Assembly: GCA_030599585.1 (NCBI GenBank)
Contig: JAUVNS010000030.1
Coordinates: 1-28,283 of the forward strand
Length of the DNA: 28,283 nucleotides
Origin: Promethearchaeota archaeon
GTDB taxonomy: Archaea > Asgardarchaeota > Lokiarchaeia > Sigyniarchaeales > SOKP01
Direction of reading: 5' to 3'
Shown here: positions 17,551 to 27,389 of the stretch, piece after piece
Layout: every line of letters begins with the position of its first letter
How positions within the stretch are numbered: the first letter of the stretch is position 1
Notes under the pieces: generated by a model
Database searches by the model: none
What the model was told of the DNA's origin: nothing
What the model saw: only the letters and a program-made list of their open reading frames with translations
Translations under genes and position numbers: made by a program

Positions 17551-19440
17551 TTAATTAATCGTGCATAATTTGGTTTTGATTTTTCTGATAATAAATTCTA
17601 TTCTCGTTTTTATTCTATTTTCCTTTGGAGCTCTTAAATATAAATAAATAAGAATCCATATAATAAGAATCCAAAAGTAAATGTATCTACTAGAAAGAAA
17701 TATAATCCAAGACATAATCAATGGAAATAAATACCTCTTTTGAAATTTATATTTTTTTCCCTCAATTTCAGTTGCTTCTAAAAGCGATAAATCTCTAAAA
17801 TCAAATAATATTGAAATAAAAGGTACTAAAAGAATTAAATAATATTTATAGCTTCCTCGTGGATAAAATAATTGAATTGATATTATTATTAAAATTGAAA
17901 GAAAAATAGTTTCTATGAAACTAGAATTCTTATTAGATCTCATTATATTTCTTTTCGATATAAGATATTCTAATGTATAAAAATATATTTTCAATAAACA
18001 TGAGAATAATAAAATATAAAACCCAAGAGCATATGCTATGATGAAAGTTATAACTTTTGGGGCTTTTACCAATAGAAAAAAAGTATTGAAATTAATCGCT
18101 TTTCCCTGATCCATATCAAAAGTTAATAGATATTCAATTGGAATTGCAATATTACCAGTATAACTTTGAATATACGATTGAAAATTGGTGATTAAAAATG
18201 GTAATGAAATTAGCAACAATGTAAAGCAAAATATCATTGTATAGTAAAATACATACTTCATTATCATTTTAATTCGCTTTTCTCCTTTTTCATGAATTAA
18301 TAGAAGAAGTAAAATTGGAAAAAAAAAAAGAGCAAATTGTTTGTACAATACACCAATACCTAAAAAAAGCATTGAAAGATGATATTTTTGAGTAAGGACA
18401 AAATAAAATGAGAGAATAACAAAAAATGTAAATATTGATGGATTTAACCATAAAAAACTTGAATAAATTATCGTAAAGGGATTGATAAGGTAGAAAATCA
18501 TCGAATAAATCGAATACTTTTCATTCTCTGTAGTTTTCTTTGAAATCAAATAAACTATATAACCCGTTCCTATAGTTGACAAGAATAGGGGAATTGCTGG
18601 ACTCCAGATCGGGGTTGTAAATAAATTAAACATTCCAAGTGTTAAGATAAAAAGTGGACCATAAGAATAATGAGCATATTCTTCAGAATATGGAAACACC
18701 CCATTTTTAAATAGATCCACCCATTCCAAATACCAACCCTCATAGTCTCGATACATTTCAAAATGAGTAATATCTAAAAGCGGTGATATTAAAGACGGAT
18801 TCTCGATTAATAATTGAGGTAATATCGCTATGTGAATGAAGAAGAATGTTAAATTTATATTTACCCCTATAATAAAGTATCTCTTCCACCCATTTAAACA
18901 CCACGCTAACATCCCAAAAGTAAATAAAAACCCTACAGACATAACAATCAAACCATAATAATAAGTAGGAGAAATTATAGTATAATTATAATTAAAACCT
19001 AAAAATAAAACAGTATCATCATTATTCAAAATTAGAATATAAATTATCCCCTTGGTTGTAATTCTAAAAGAGTCTTGAAATATTGTCACATTTCTAGATA
19101 AGTCGTAATTTTCTTTCAAAATTCTAATGGTAATATAATTTTCTATAGAATCATTTGCTATAAAATTCTCATATTCGCTTGAATTCAAAAATACGACTGA
19201 TAAATTAGATTTTCCCTTAAATTGAGCTGAAAATTTAACTTTGAAATCTTTTCCAGAAATATCTATATTTGGTTCAATTGAGAAATTATAGGATTCATAT
19301 GGAGCCATAATTAGATTATCATAAAATTCTACTGATTTAATCTCTGCGGGAGCTAAATTGAAAATCAAGCCAATAGCAGAGATTGTTAAGCCAAGAATGA
19401 GGAACATTTTTCTCAAGTAATTTTTCTCAAATCTACACAT
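17551..19440 (-). CDS. GT-C fold (GT87/PIG-M-like) membrane glycosyltransferase with N-terminal extracellular beta domain
   Basis: YRDY...W...G.FPY....YSYGPLF, FYLINPF and GIGVLYKQFALFFFP motifs; many TM helices; several sequons in the N-terminal domain. Confidence 0.8.
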   Translation of the reverse strand: MCRFEKNYLRKMFLILGLTISAIGLIFNLAPAEIKSVEFYDNLIMAPYESYNFSIEPNIDISGKDFKVKFSAQFKGKSNLSVVFLNSSEYENFIANDSIENYITIRILKENYDLSRNVTIFQDSFRITTKGIIYILILNNDDTVLFLGFNYNYTIISPTYYYGLIVMSVGFLFTFGMLAWCLNGWKRYFIIGVNINLTFFFIHIAILPQLLIENPSLISPLLDITHFEMYRDYEGWYLEWVDLFKNGVFPYSEEYAHYSYGPLFILTLGMFNLFTTPIWSPAIPLFLSTIGTGYIVYLISKKTTENEKYSIYSMIFYLINPFTIIYSSFLWLNPSIFTFFVILSFYFVLTQKYHLSMLFLGIGVLYKQFALFFFPILLLLLIHEKGEKRIKMIMKYVFYYTMIFCFTLLLISLPFLITNFQSYIQSYTGNIAIPIEYLLTFDMDQGKAINFNTFFLLVKAPKVITFIIAYALGFYILLFSCLLKIYFYTLEYLISKRNIMRSNKNSSFIETIFLSILIIISIQLFYPRGSYKYYLILLVPFISILFDFRDLSLLEATEIEGKKYKFQKRYLFPLIMSWIIFLSSRYIYFWILIIWILIYLYLRAPKENRIKTRIEFIIRKIKTKLCTIN

Positions 19441-19760
19441 AACAATCTTTTTAAATAAGTTACTAAAACAATGTTTCTATGTTGTAAGAATATTTTAATT
19501 TTTGTAACATTTTCAACCGATATTTTAACGACCTAAGATTTGACAGTATAAAATTATTTTATTTTATTATAAATCTAGTCAAAAATTCTTCATAAGAAAT
19601 TAAACTAAATTTCGACTTTTTTTTTCTTTTTTGTAAATATTTAAATTATGTCGGTAAGATTATATGTTTACCAAAATCAATATGCAAAAATTAGTTACTA
19701 AAACGAGGGTTACAATTTTGCATGAAGTAGAATCTTAAATAAGGCATAAAGGAAGTCGAT

Positions 19761-20012
19761 ATGGTTAAAGAAGTTAAAAAATATAGAACAACAGACGGAA
19801 AAGAATTTGATACGATATGGAAAGCAGAGAGTTGTGAAAAGATTTCTGAGATTGCAAAACGAATTTCGTATATTTTTGGCATGGGAGGATTCCATACAAA
19901 CTATTTTAGGGAAATTATCGAAAGTAGAAAAGAATTAGGAAATTATCTTCTCGAAATTGAAGATTTTGATCCAAGAGGTCTTGACTTTTTTTTTGGAGAA
20001 AAAAAGAAATAA
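19761..20012 (+). CDS. Small hypothetical protein, virus-like N-terminal motif
   Basis: AGGA RBS + ATG. KYRTTDGKEFDT...AESCE resembles the Y.A.DG.EF....A..YE motif common in phage proteins. Confidence 0.6.
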   Translation: MVKEVKKYRTTDGKEFDTIWKAESCEKISEIAKRISYIFGMGGFHTNYFREIIESRKELGNYLLEIEDFDPRGLDFFFGEKKK

Positions 20013-20613
20013 TAATTTTTGAGGTATTTTGCATATGTTCCGAGACGCAATTAATAGCAAATTATCTAAAATGTCTCGCTGTTATAAAGGTATTTCCAAT
20101 TTGGAAGATATTTAATCATATGAATATAGTGTTAAAAAACCTTTTAAAATGAACAAAAAGGATTAAATAGCTAATGAAATTCTTTTAAGAATTTATGAGA
20201 TACTAAATCTTCGCATTTAAAATTGACAATTAACCTTTCTGGGTTAGAAGGAAATATTTACATAAATGTAAAGTTTTAATACTAGAATTTCTATATAAAA
20301 CATATAAAGGGAACTTCATTCAAAGAAAATTTGAGCTAAAATTGGATTTCGCCCTCTAATAAACTCAAATGAGTTTAAACTTTCCCTGATTTTAATTAAA
20401 ATGCTCAGATTTCTTTTCCCTTCTCTTTCTTTTTAATATTCACCTGTTCTCTTTTATTAAAGGTTAAACACGCATGGAATCGAAAATTAGTCTATTTGTA
20501 CTTTTCAGTCCATAAGACATCTAAGACTCTATTTAGAGTCTCATGTTGGAAATTATTTATAGCCTCTTGGTTAAAAGATTAAATAATAATATCTTAAACG
20601 TTCTCTTACTTAT

Positions 20614-20937
20614 TCAGTTCTTTAGTTTATCAAGTTCTGCTTCGATTTTAGAGAAATCTGATTTAACAAAAAACTTGGTAGAATATAGCTTATTTATACC
20701 ATTATGTTTTACCAAAGAAATAACATAATTCTCTCCCGCGGCATAATCGCTATAAGGTAATGCAAAACAAAAGCTTCTAATATCTAATATATCATTGGAA
20801 ATTATCTTATGGTCTTGTGACTCATCTAAACCTTTAAATAGATGATATTGAGTGTAAAAGAATGGAAGATTTTTAACAAAATCATAGATTTTATTCTCTT
20901 CATTAAATCGAAAACTATAAGGATCAAGATTATTCAT
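20614..20937 (-). pseudogene. Probable 3' fragment of a hypothetical (PIN-like) protein
   Basis: SNDILDI....ALPYSDY...E acidic motif near the C-terminus; the upstream sequence belongs to an unrelated fragment. Confidence 0.4.
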
Positions 20938-20971
20938 TTTGCAAGCTCGATATAAAAGGTTAGCAATGCTA

Positions 20972-21350
20972 TTAAGAATATAATGATTTTATGGTAGGTA
21001 CGGTCTGAGTCTGAGCTTTTGCGGACTTAATCGCTTCTTCTTTGCTCTTGATACCCTGTTCAATTGCTCTGATCTCCTCTAGTACTTTTCTCTGGGAAAG
21101 TTTGCGCTTACTAAATTGGTTCACTGTTTTATCTTTTAACTTTTTGTCGAGGATATATTCTCCAATTTTCGTTTTAGTTTTTATTGTTCTCTCTGAAGCA
21201 CCGATCTCTCTTGCTTGCGTTTTTGCGAACCCAAGTGTATATTTTGCATTTTAATTTTGTTTTGCTTCTTTATACTCAAAGGACTTTCTATCTCCACCTC
21301 GTCTGTATTCAGGGTGAATTTTCAAATATTTGATATATATCTTCTCTTTG
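20972..21350 (-). pseudogene. ParB-like HTH region fragment
   Basis: YLKIHPEYRRGGDRKS...*...GFAKTQAREIGASERTIK matches the HPE...GGDRKS...A...G.S.RTI motif of MGE ParB-like proteins. In-frame TAA at 21251-53. Confidence 0.65.
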
Positions 21351-21405
21351 AATTTACCATCTGATATAATGTCAGACGGTGTTTTTTACCCATCGAAAAG
21401 GGAGA

Positions 21406-21741
21406 TTATGATTTAATAATTTGAATTATTTTCTTAATTACTTCATCCATCTTTTTATTTTTTATTGTTCCAGTCTTGTGTAAAATTATATGATAATCGG
21501 CAGTAAAAAGACGATTTGGACGAATATTGCTATTTCCTCTTTTTAATTTTCCCTTATCAAAATCATTATTAGTCAAAGGGATTGAATAATTATCAGATTT
21601 AGTTTGACTTGTTATTTGACATAGAATGAGATCATCACCTTTTAAGTCGGCAATTACTAACGCAGGTCTGCGGGATGAATGAGAGAGATCGGAAAAAGGA
21701 AAAGGAACGACAACTACATCTTTTTTCATAAATCTTTCCAT
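21406..21741 (-). CDS. mazF: MazF/PemK family endoribonuclease toxin
   Basis: DVVVVPFPFSDLS...RRPALV, LCQITS, SNIRPNRLFT. The ATG at 21741 overlaps the end of the antitoxin gene. Confidence 0.92.
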   Translation of the reverse strand: MERFMKKDVVVVPFPFSDLSHSSRRPALVIADLKGDDLILCQITSQTKSDNYSIPLTNNDFDKGKLKRGNSNIRPNRLFTADYHIILHKTGTIKNKKMDEVIKKIIQIIKS

Positions 21742-21884
21742 GCTTCTTCTTCCTCTGGTGAAAGCCAATCTTTCTTTAAGCTTGATTCACTCATTATCGA
21801 ATTTTCTAATTGAGCAATGCGTGGAAACGAGGAAGGATGTTCAATTTCTTTAATTTGTTTTTTTGCAAAAAATAGTTTTGCCAT
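21726..21884 (-). CDS. Cognate antitoxin (DUF2281-like, 52 aa; not in the ORF track)
   Basis: MAKLFFAKKQIKEIEHPSSFPRIAQLENSIMSESSLKKDWLSPEEEEAWKDL*. The SE..L.KDW..PEE.EAW.DL tail is typical of antitoxins preceding this MazF subgroup. Confidence 0.8.
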   Translation of the reverse strand: MAKLFFAKKQIKEIEHPSSFPRIAQLENSIMSESSLKKDWLSPEEEEAWKDL

Positions 21885-21974
21885 TTTTCTAACCTTTTTT
21901 TTTCTCTTGTTACTAATAGTGATTACTATATTTATAAATTTTTATTACAAAAAATACAATATTAATCATTATTG

Positions 21975-22361
21975 TTAAGATTTTAAAGGTTTCATCGCTT
22001 TCATACGAACAATAAAATCTATCTTTTCTGATTGAATTCTAAAATCTCCATAGATATTTAATATACTTGATCCATCAGTAGGACAAAGAAAATAGTGACT
22101 ATAACCGTTTGCGAGACAAACATGTTACTCTTTAGACAATGGTGGTACGAGCTTTTTGAGTTGTTTGAAGATTGGAAAAATCCAATTGGAATAGGAGGAG
22201 CTGCTACCATGAAATCCATAAAAAAGTTTGATTTTAAGCGAATTGCCTGTTGATCTTCCGCCTCTTTTATCATAAATAAATTCAACACTCTCTCCTTCAA
22301 GTTTAAGTATCTTTTGATATTTTAAACCTTCCTCTTTAAATTTGTTCTCATTCATAGTCAT
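21975..22361 (-). pseudogene. Hypothetical protein interrupted by one in-frame stop
   Basis: ORF 22125-22361 continues in frame after TAA: LSKE*HVCLANGYSHYFLCPTDGSSILNIYGDFRIQSEKIDFIVRMKAMKPLKS*. Confidence 0.55.
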
Positions 22362-22723
22362 TTAACACTTGAATAGTATTAAAATTTCTTTTTTACGACC
22401 AAGCAGCAAGACAAAAAATCGTCCAGATGTGCAGAACCGGGATGGTTGATTATTAATGCCATCTGATTAAAATAATATAGCATTTAATATTAATGTGTAA
22501 ACCTTTTGAAAGAAATATTTTCCCCAACTTTTTGATGAAAATCCCTTTTACGAAAGTAAAGGAGTTAAATAGTGGATGGCCGCCTTCTAAGGATAAATCT
22601 TCGTCTCTAATCACAATTTCTTTCACATTGTTAGCTTGAGATTTACTATATATTATTTAATTTAAAAAACATAAAGTATGAGTCCCAATTAATTTGGAGT
22701 GAAACGTTTTTCATCATTTGATT

Positions 22724-24223
22724 TTATTGGTTCTTTGGTAAACCGTCCAAAAATTTATTAAGTTTGTCCAAAGCCTTTAATTCTTCGAAATTTATCGGTA
22801 TACTATCTTCATTCAAAATCGTAATTAAGATTTTTTTATAAAAATGGATTAATTCACTATCTTTTGATTTTATGCTAATTATACTTTCTAAATTATTGGA
22901 AAATGGAGTTAATATAAGCTCCTTCTCGTCCCTCAATGCTACAAAAAAACTATATGGAGCCCCTAGCCGTCTTACTTGAATATTCCCTAAATTATCCATT
23001 CCTGAATAGATTTTATCAAAAAATGCCTCTTCCCAAAATGAATAGAAAACTATTTTCTTCTCTTTGTTTTTAAAAGTCCACTCTGAAATAAACGAAAGTA
23101 TTTCTGGAAAAGGTAGCGGGATATAAATATAAGCTACATCTGTTGTATTGGAAATAAGAGTGTTAATAAGACTAATTAATGTTTCAATTCCATAAAAAAC
23201 TTCAAGGTTTATAACTAATTTTGGATAAATATCGTCAAAAAAATTTTTAAAATCTTTTTTATCTGTATTTGACTCGATATACGCTTTTGGAAACCGCTTT
23301 TCAAAGAAATTAATAATAGCTTCTCTGCAAAAGACTAAACTCTTTTCTTCGATTATTTTTCCATTTGCGTAGCGTTTTAGATTATGTAAATCAGATCGTT
23401 TCAGGTATTCGATGTATTCGATGTATTCGATGTTGTCATTATATAATCGCTGGGCTAATTTAATAAAAGCTTCATCCCATTCTTTATTCTCACTTTGTTC
23501 TTTAGGTAATTTTTCTTGTATTCCTAATTTTAGTTTTATGATTTTTGTTAATTTGAATATCTCCTTCGAGTCTTTTTTATTATCGGAATAATCACACTCT
23601 AGATGTTGATTACAATATTCTAACGCTTTATCAAATTCTTTTTCCTTGAAATGGATTTGTGCCATACTTTCTAATGCATTTAAATAGCTAGGATCGTCAT
23701 CTAATGTTTTTTTAATAAGTTTTTTTGCCTTTTCAGTGTTGGCTTTTCCGTAATAAGCCATATATAGACAAATCCATGCAGGGGTGAATATTCCTACTAA
23801 CTTTATTGCTCGTTTACACGCTTCTATTGCATCATCGTATTGTTCTGTTTTAACGAGAAGTTCTCCAAGACGATTCCATCTTTTATACTCATTTGGGTTA
23901 AGTTTCAATATTTTTCTTAGCGTATTTATTATAGGGGCAAAATCTCCTTCTTTTTCATTCTCTCTGAGTAAAGTTTCAAGAGTTCTTTTTTCTTTATTTG
24001 AATATCTTGATCCTATTTGGTAAATTCGGTGTTCACATTTATTATCTTTTGTTTTAGTAAAATAAGAAACATAATCAATTTTAGTTATATTATCTTCTTT
24101 TCCTTTTTCATAGCTAAACGAGCCGAAATATTGTATTCCTTCAAATTCTCGAGGATCTTCGTATATTATTTTACTACTTTTGAAAGCATAGTGTAGCGTT
24201 AAATCCTTTCGAGTTCCTTCCAT
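22724..24223 (-). CDS. TPR protein with C-terminal TrmB/PLD-like domain (probably 5'-truncated)
   Basis: TPRs such as WNRLGELLVKTEQYDDAIEACKRAIKL. The C-terminal EVFYG...LI....AYIYIP...LRDEKELILTP resembles TrmB-type effector domains. Coding-like sequence with stops continues upstream. Confidence 0.8.
   Translation of the reverse strand: MEGTRKDLTLHYAFKSSKIIYEDPREFEGIQYFGSFSYEKGKEDNITKIDYVSYFTKTKDNKCEHRIYQIGSRYSNKEKRTLETLLRENEKEGDFAPIINTLRKILKLNPNEYKRWNRLGELLVKTEQYDDAIEACKRAIKLVGIFTPAWICLYMAYYGKANTEKAKKLIKKTLDDDPSYLNALESMAQIHFKEKEFDKALEYCNQHLECDYSDNKKDSKEIFKLTKIIKLKLGIQEKLPKEQSENKEWDEAFIKLAQRLYNDNIEYIEYIEYLKRSDLHNLKRYANGKIIEEKSLVFCREAIINFFEKRFPKAYIESNTDKKDFKNFFDDIYPKLVINLEVFYGIETLISLINTLISNTTDVAYIYIPLPFPEILSFISEWTFKNKEKKIVFYSFWEEAFFDKIYSGMDNLGNIQVRRLGAPYSFFVALRDEKELILTPFSNNLESIISIKSKDSELIHFYKKILITILNEDSIPINFEELKALDKLNKFLDGLPKNQ
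23405..23431. repeat. In-frame 9-bp tandem repeat x3 (encodes IEY IEY IEY)
   Basis: GTATTCGAT x3, perfect. Confidence 0.9.
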
Positions 24224-24351
24224 AACGCTTTTAAATACAACCGGAAATTGTTCTAATTCGTATTTACTATAGGTTGAGAGCGTTTTCGGACTATTACTTA
24301 TGATCCCTCAGATAATATTTTATGGATCGATTCGGTTACCATCCAAGCAAT

Positions 24352-25317
24352 TTAGTTGATATCCCTTCTCCTAAAGATAATATATCCAATTAACATCAAA
24401 ATTGTTACAAATAGTAATATTATCAGTAGAGATGCTTGAGGGGGTAGATAATTTGTTCTAGTGTATATTTCGATTTCAGGGAACAACTCATCATATTCAA
24501 TGATATAAATACCCCAACTTACGAGCCATCTTATCAATGTAATTGAAAGTGTAGAAATAAAAGTTTCATAAAACCATGTATATATATTCATAAGATGATA
24601 CCCTAAATCAAAATAAAATATTTGGAAAACTTCATAATAAGGCATACCTGAGGGTGTAGGACTCATTAACATAGGTCTTATTATGAAAAATAAAAATATT
24701 GTTATCATTGAAAATGTTAAGGGTATTAATGCTGCAGTTTTAGCATTTCTGAAAATCATAGAAAATCCTATAGTAAAAGTGCTGTAAAAAAATATTATAA
24801 TTAACGAAAAAAGAAATTGTGATACAAAAAAAGAACCCATATCACTAAACGGATGTTTTAAGAATGCGATTAAACACAATATTCCCAGACTAACTATGCT
24901 AACTACGATACCATAGAATAGTAGTGCAAAATATTTACCCCATACTATGCTTCCCTTAGAAATGGGTTTTGTTGTTAGCAAAATCATGGTATTATATTTA
25001 ATTTCGTCAGCTATTAGTGAAGCTGAAGAATATATTAAAATTGAAGCAAAAGCAACACAATATGAAAATATAACCTGTATCATTCCCAAAAGTTCATTTA
25101 AGGATGTCTGGTCATTTATTAATTGTGGAGGGAAAAAAATTAACATCAATGAAGGAATTATAATAATAAATAACACCGAAAAAAGAGATTTCCAGTGGGT
25201 GTAAAGATCGAAAAAAAACGTTTTTTTAATTAAAACATAAAAGAGATTGATCCTATGCATTAGACCTTTAAGAGAAAATGAAATACTAATATTTAGTTTT
25301 TCTTTTTTTTCTAGCAT
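24352..25317 (-). CDS. ABC-2 type transporter permease
   Basis: LIADEIKYNTMILLTTKPISKGSIVWGKY motif, about six TM helices, C-terminal FRRRDI. Confidence 0.92.
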   Translation of the reverse strand: MLEKKEKLNISISFSLKGLMHRINLFYVLIKKTFFFDLYTHWKSLFSVLFIIIIPSLMLIFFPPQLINDQTSLNELLGMIQVIFSYCVAFASILIYSSASLIADEIKYNTMILLTTKPISKGSIVWGKYFALLFYGIVVSIVSLGILCLIAFLKHPFSDMGSFFVSQFLFSLIIIFFYSTFTIGFSMIFRNAKTAALIPLTFSMITIFLFFIIRPMLMSPTPSGMPYYEVFQIFYFDLGYHLMNIYTWFYETFISTLSITLIRWLVSWGIYIIEYDELFPEIEIYTRTNYLPPQASLLIILLFVTILMLIGYIIFRRRDIN

Positions 25318-25320
25318 TAC

Positions 25321-26268
25321 TTAATCATCCTCACTATTCATCAATTTTATAAAAACATCTTGTAAAGAAGTTTCAGGTTGGTGAAAACTCTTAATAATCA
25401 AATTTTGTTTAGAAATTAAATTTGAAATTAGTTTTTGAAGTTTTTCTTTTCCTCCATGAACGATATGAATTTTGTGATCCTCATCATCTAACCATGCTTT
25501 AACAATTTCTTCACTTCTAATCAATTCTTCTAAAACTACAGAATTTGAATTTGTATCTAATATAAAGTGGTCGTCAGAATGGGAATAATAATTCTTCACA
25601 TTTGGAATTGTATCTGTAAGCATTATTCTTCCGTTATTTATTATGGTTACCTTCTCACAAATCTGCTCTATCTCTGAAAGAATATGGCTGGAAATAAAGA
25701 TACTTATATCATTAGAAAGTTTTTTAATGTAATCCATAATATTTTTTCTTCCTATAGGGTCTAAATTTGTTGTTGGTTCATCTAATATAAGTAATTTTGG
25801 CTTGTGAATTAGAGCTGAAGCCAGTCCAACTTTTTGCTTCATCCCACCAGAATACTTAGATATAGGTTTACTTAGATCATCTGTTAGGTCAAAAAACTCT
25901 AAAATATTCATAATTTGATTATTAATCTTATTTTTTTTGACGCCAAAGAGTCTTGCTGAGTACGTTAGATATTCTGTAGCAGACATGTTCCCATAAAATA
26001 CGGGGTCTTGAGGAAGAAAGCCGATCATTTTTCGTGCTTGAATTGATCCCGCTTTTTCGCCCTTGATAAAAGCCTTGCCTTCTGTAATTGATATTGCCCC
26101 CATTAACATATTGATTGTAGTAGTTTTTCCTGCGCCGTTTGGACCTAAAAATCCATGGATTCCGGGTTCGATTTTTAAATTAATATGATCCACGGCTAAA
26201 GTTTGATTTGATCTTTTATGATATATCTTTGTTAGGTCTTTTGTCTCTATTTCATATTTGAACTTCAT
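25321..26268 (-). CDS. ABC-2 type transporter ATP-binding protein
   Basis: Walker A GPNGAGKTT, signature YSGGMKQK, Walker B LLILDEPT, H-loop SSH. Confidence 0.97.
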   Translation of the reverse strand: MKFKYEIETKDLTKIYHKRSNQTLAVDHINLKIEPGIHGFLGPNGAGKTTTINMLMGAISITEGKAFIKGEKAGSIQARKMIGFLPQDPVFYGNMSATEYLTYSARLFGVKKNKINNQIMNILEFFDLTDDLSKPISKYSGGMKQKVGLASALIHKPKLLILDEPTTNLDPIGRKNIMDYIKKLSNDISIFISSHILSEIEQICEKVTIINNGRIMLTDTIPNVKNYYSHSDDHFILDTNSNSVVLEELIRSEEIVKAWLDDEDHKIHIVHGGKEKLQKLISNLISKQNLIIKSFHQPETSLQDVFIKLMNSEDD

Positions 26269-26520
26269 TATTGTATGATTTATAATAATTTTATAAATTG
26301 AATTTATCTTTTTTGTAAGATAGTAATATAAACTTAAATATTTAAAGTTTGATGATGGAAGGTGTTATATTCGCTTATTAAATAATGAAGATTTTTTATG
26401 ATATTTTGACAAAAACATCAGATTTATATAAAATAATATTATAAATTAACATAACACAAATTTGTACAAAAATTCGTATTAAATCCAAAAAAAAAAAAAA
26501 TTCATAAAGGGAGGTTTTTT

Positions 26521-27342
26521 ATGAAGCATAAGAAAGAAATTGTTCTATCAGTTTCAATTTTAGCAATTGCTCTGTTTGGACTCTGTTTCAATAGTGTTTT
26601 CGCTGCTACTTTAGACGAAGCCAATTCTTCAGCTTACGGTACCGCAGGAGCTAGCGTATATCAAAGTAGAGTTGATATACAAGGTGATGCTGTGTATGAA
26701 GATGCGTCTGGTTCAACTGATTATGCGGTATTTATTACGGCATCAAACTGGTTTTGGACTACAGGTTACAGCACAAAAACATATGCTTATATTTATGTCT
26801 CTGCCCATTATTACTATGAATACGATTCTGGAATAGGTAATTATAACATATGGGATGCCGTTGATACTAATCTTATATCTTGGGAAGGTGATTATGTTTT
26901 TGATCACGATGGGGAGAGTTGGGAATGGTGGGTAGATTCAAACGAATATTACTGTAATGGGAATGATGAAACTACAACTTCATCGTGTTCAACAAGTTAT
27001 TCCGCTTCTGGGTCTGATCAAGGCACTTGGCAACTCTTAGGGTATTTTTATGTTTATAAAGCAGCAAACCGACATAAATATGACGCGCTTTTAAAATTAC
27101 AGATTGATAATTCTAAAGCAGAGGAATATATTGAGGGCCGGAGGTACTATGATCCTGATGACGGTTGGTATACTGAAACTATAAGTGAGATAAGAATAAA
27201 GATGTATTTTAAATTTTATTTTTACTCATGGTGGGCATGGCATTTAGATAAAACGCAAACTCATATTTTAGGTGACGGAGTCGGGGCTGGTGATTTAGCA
27301 AGCATACCATTAGTTGAAGGAACCGTAGATGGGCTCCAATAA
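26521..27342 (+). CDS. Secreted acidic Tyr/Trp/Ser/Thr-rich protein
   Basis: GGGAGG RBS, signal peptide ending VFA|A, two Cys in the mature part, no C-terminal anchor. Confidence 0.9.
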   Translation: MKHKKEIVLSVSILAIALFGLCFNSVFAATLDEANSSAYGTAGASVYQSRVDIQGDAVYEDASGSTDYAVFITASNWFWTTGYSTKTYAYIYVSAHYYYEYDSGIGNYNIWDAVDTNLISWEGDYVFDHDGESWEWWVDSNEYYCNGNDETTTSSCSTSYSASGSDQGTWQLLGYFYVYKAANRHKYDALLKLQIDNSKAEEYIEGRRYYDPDDGWYTETISEIRIKMYFKFYFYSWWAWHLDKTQTHILGDGVGAGDLASIPLVEGTVDGLQ

Positions 27343-27379
27343 TCTTAAAAAATGGATTCTAAAATTAATATTAAATTCC

Positions 27380-27389
27380 TTTTTTTTTT
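27380..27389 (+). terminator. Oligo-T terminator
   Basis: T10 tract about 38 nt after the stop at 27342. Confidence 0.4.

Noticed and set aside
14372-22127. Stop-codon reassignment suggested by in-frame stops in several remnants
   Set aside because: All three stop types occur (TGA, TAG, TAA), each explicable by a single substitution such as TGG>TGA or CAG>TAG, and intact genes end in all three stops. This is ordinary decay.
2301-25204. Antisense or overlapping ORFs 2301-2552, 4573-4797, 4816-5115, 13471-13671, 14130-14393, 16813-17043, 19691-19882, 19710-19895, 20543-20728, 21042-21254, 22058-22300, 23784-24023, 24947-25204
   Set aside because: Shadows of better-supported genes or pseudogenes on the other strand or frame.
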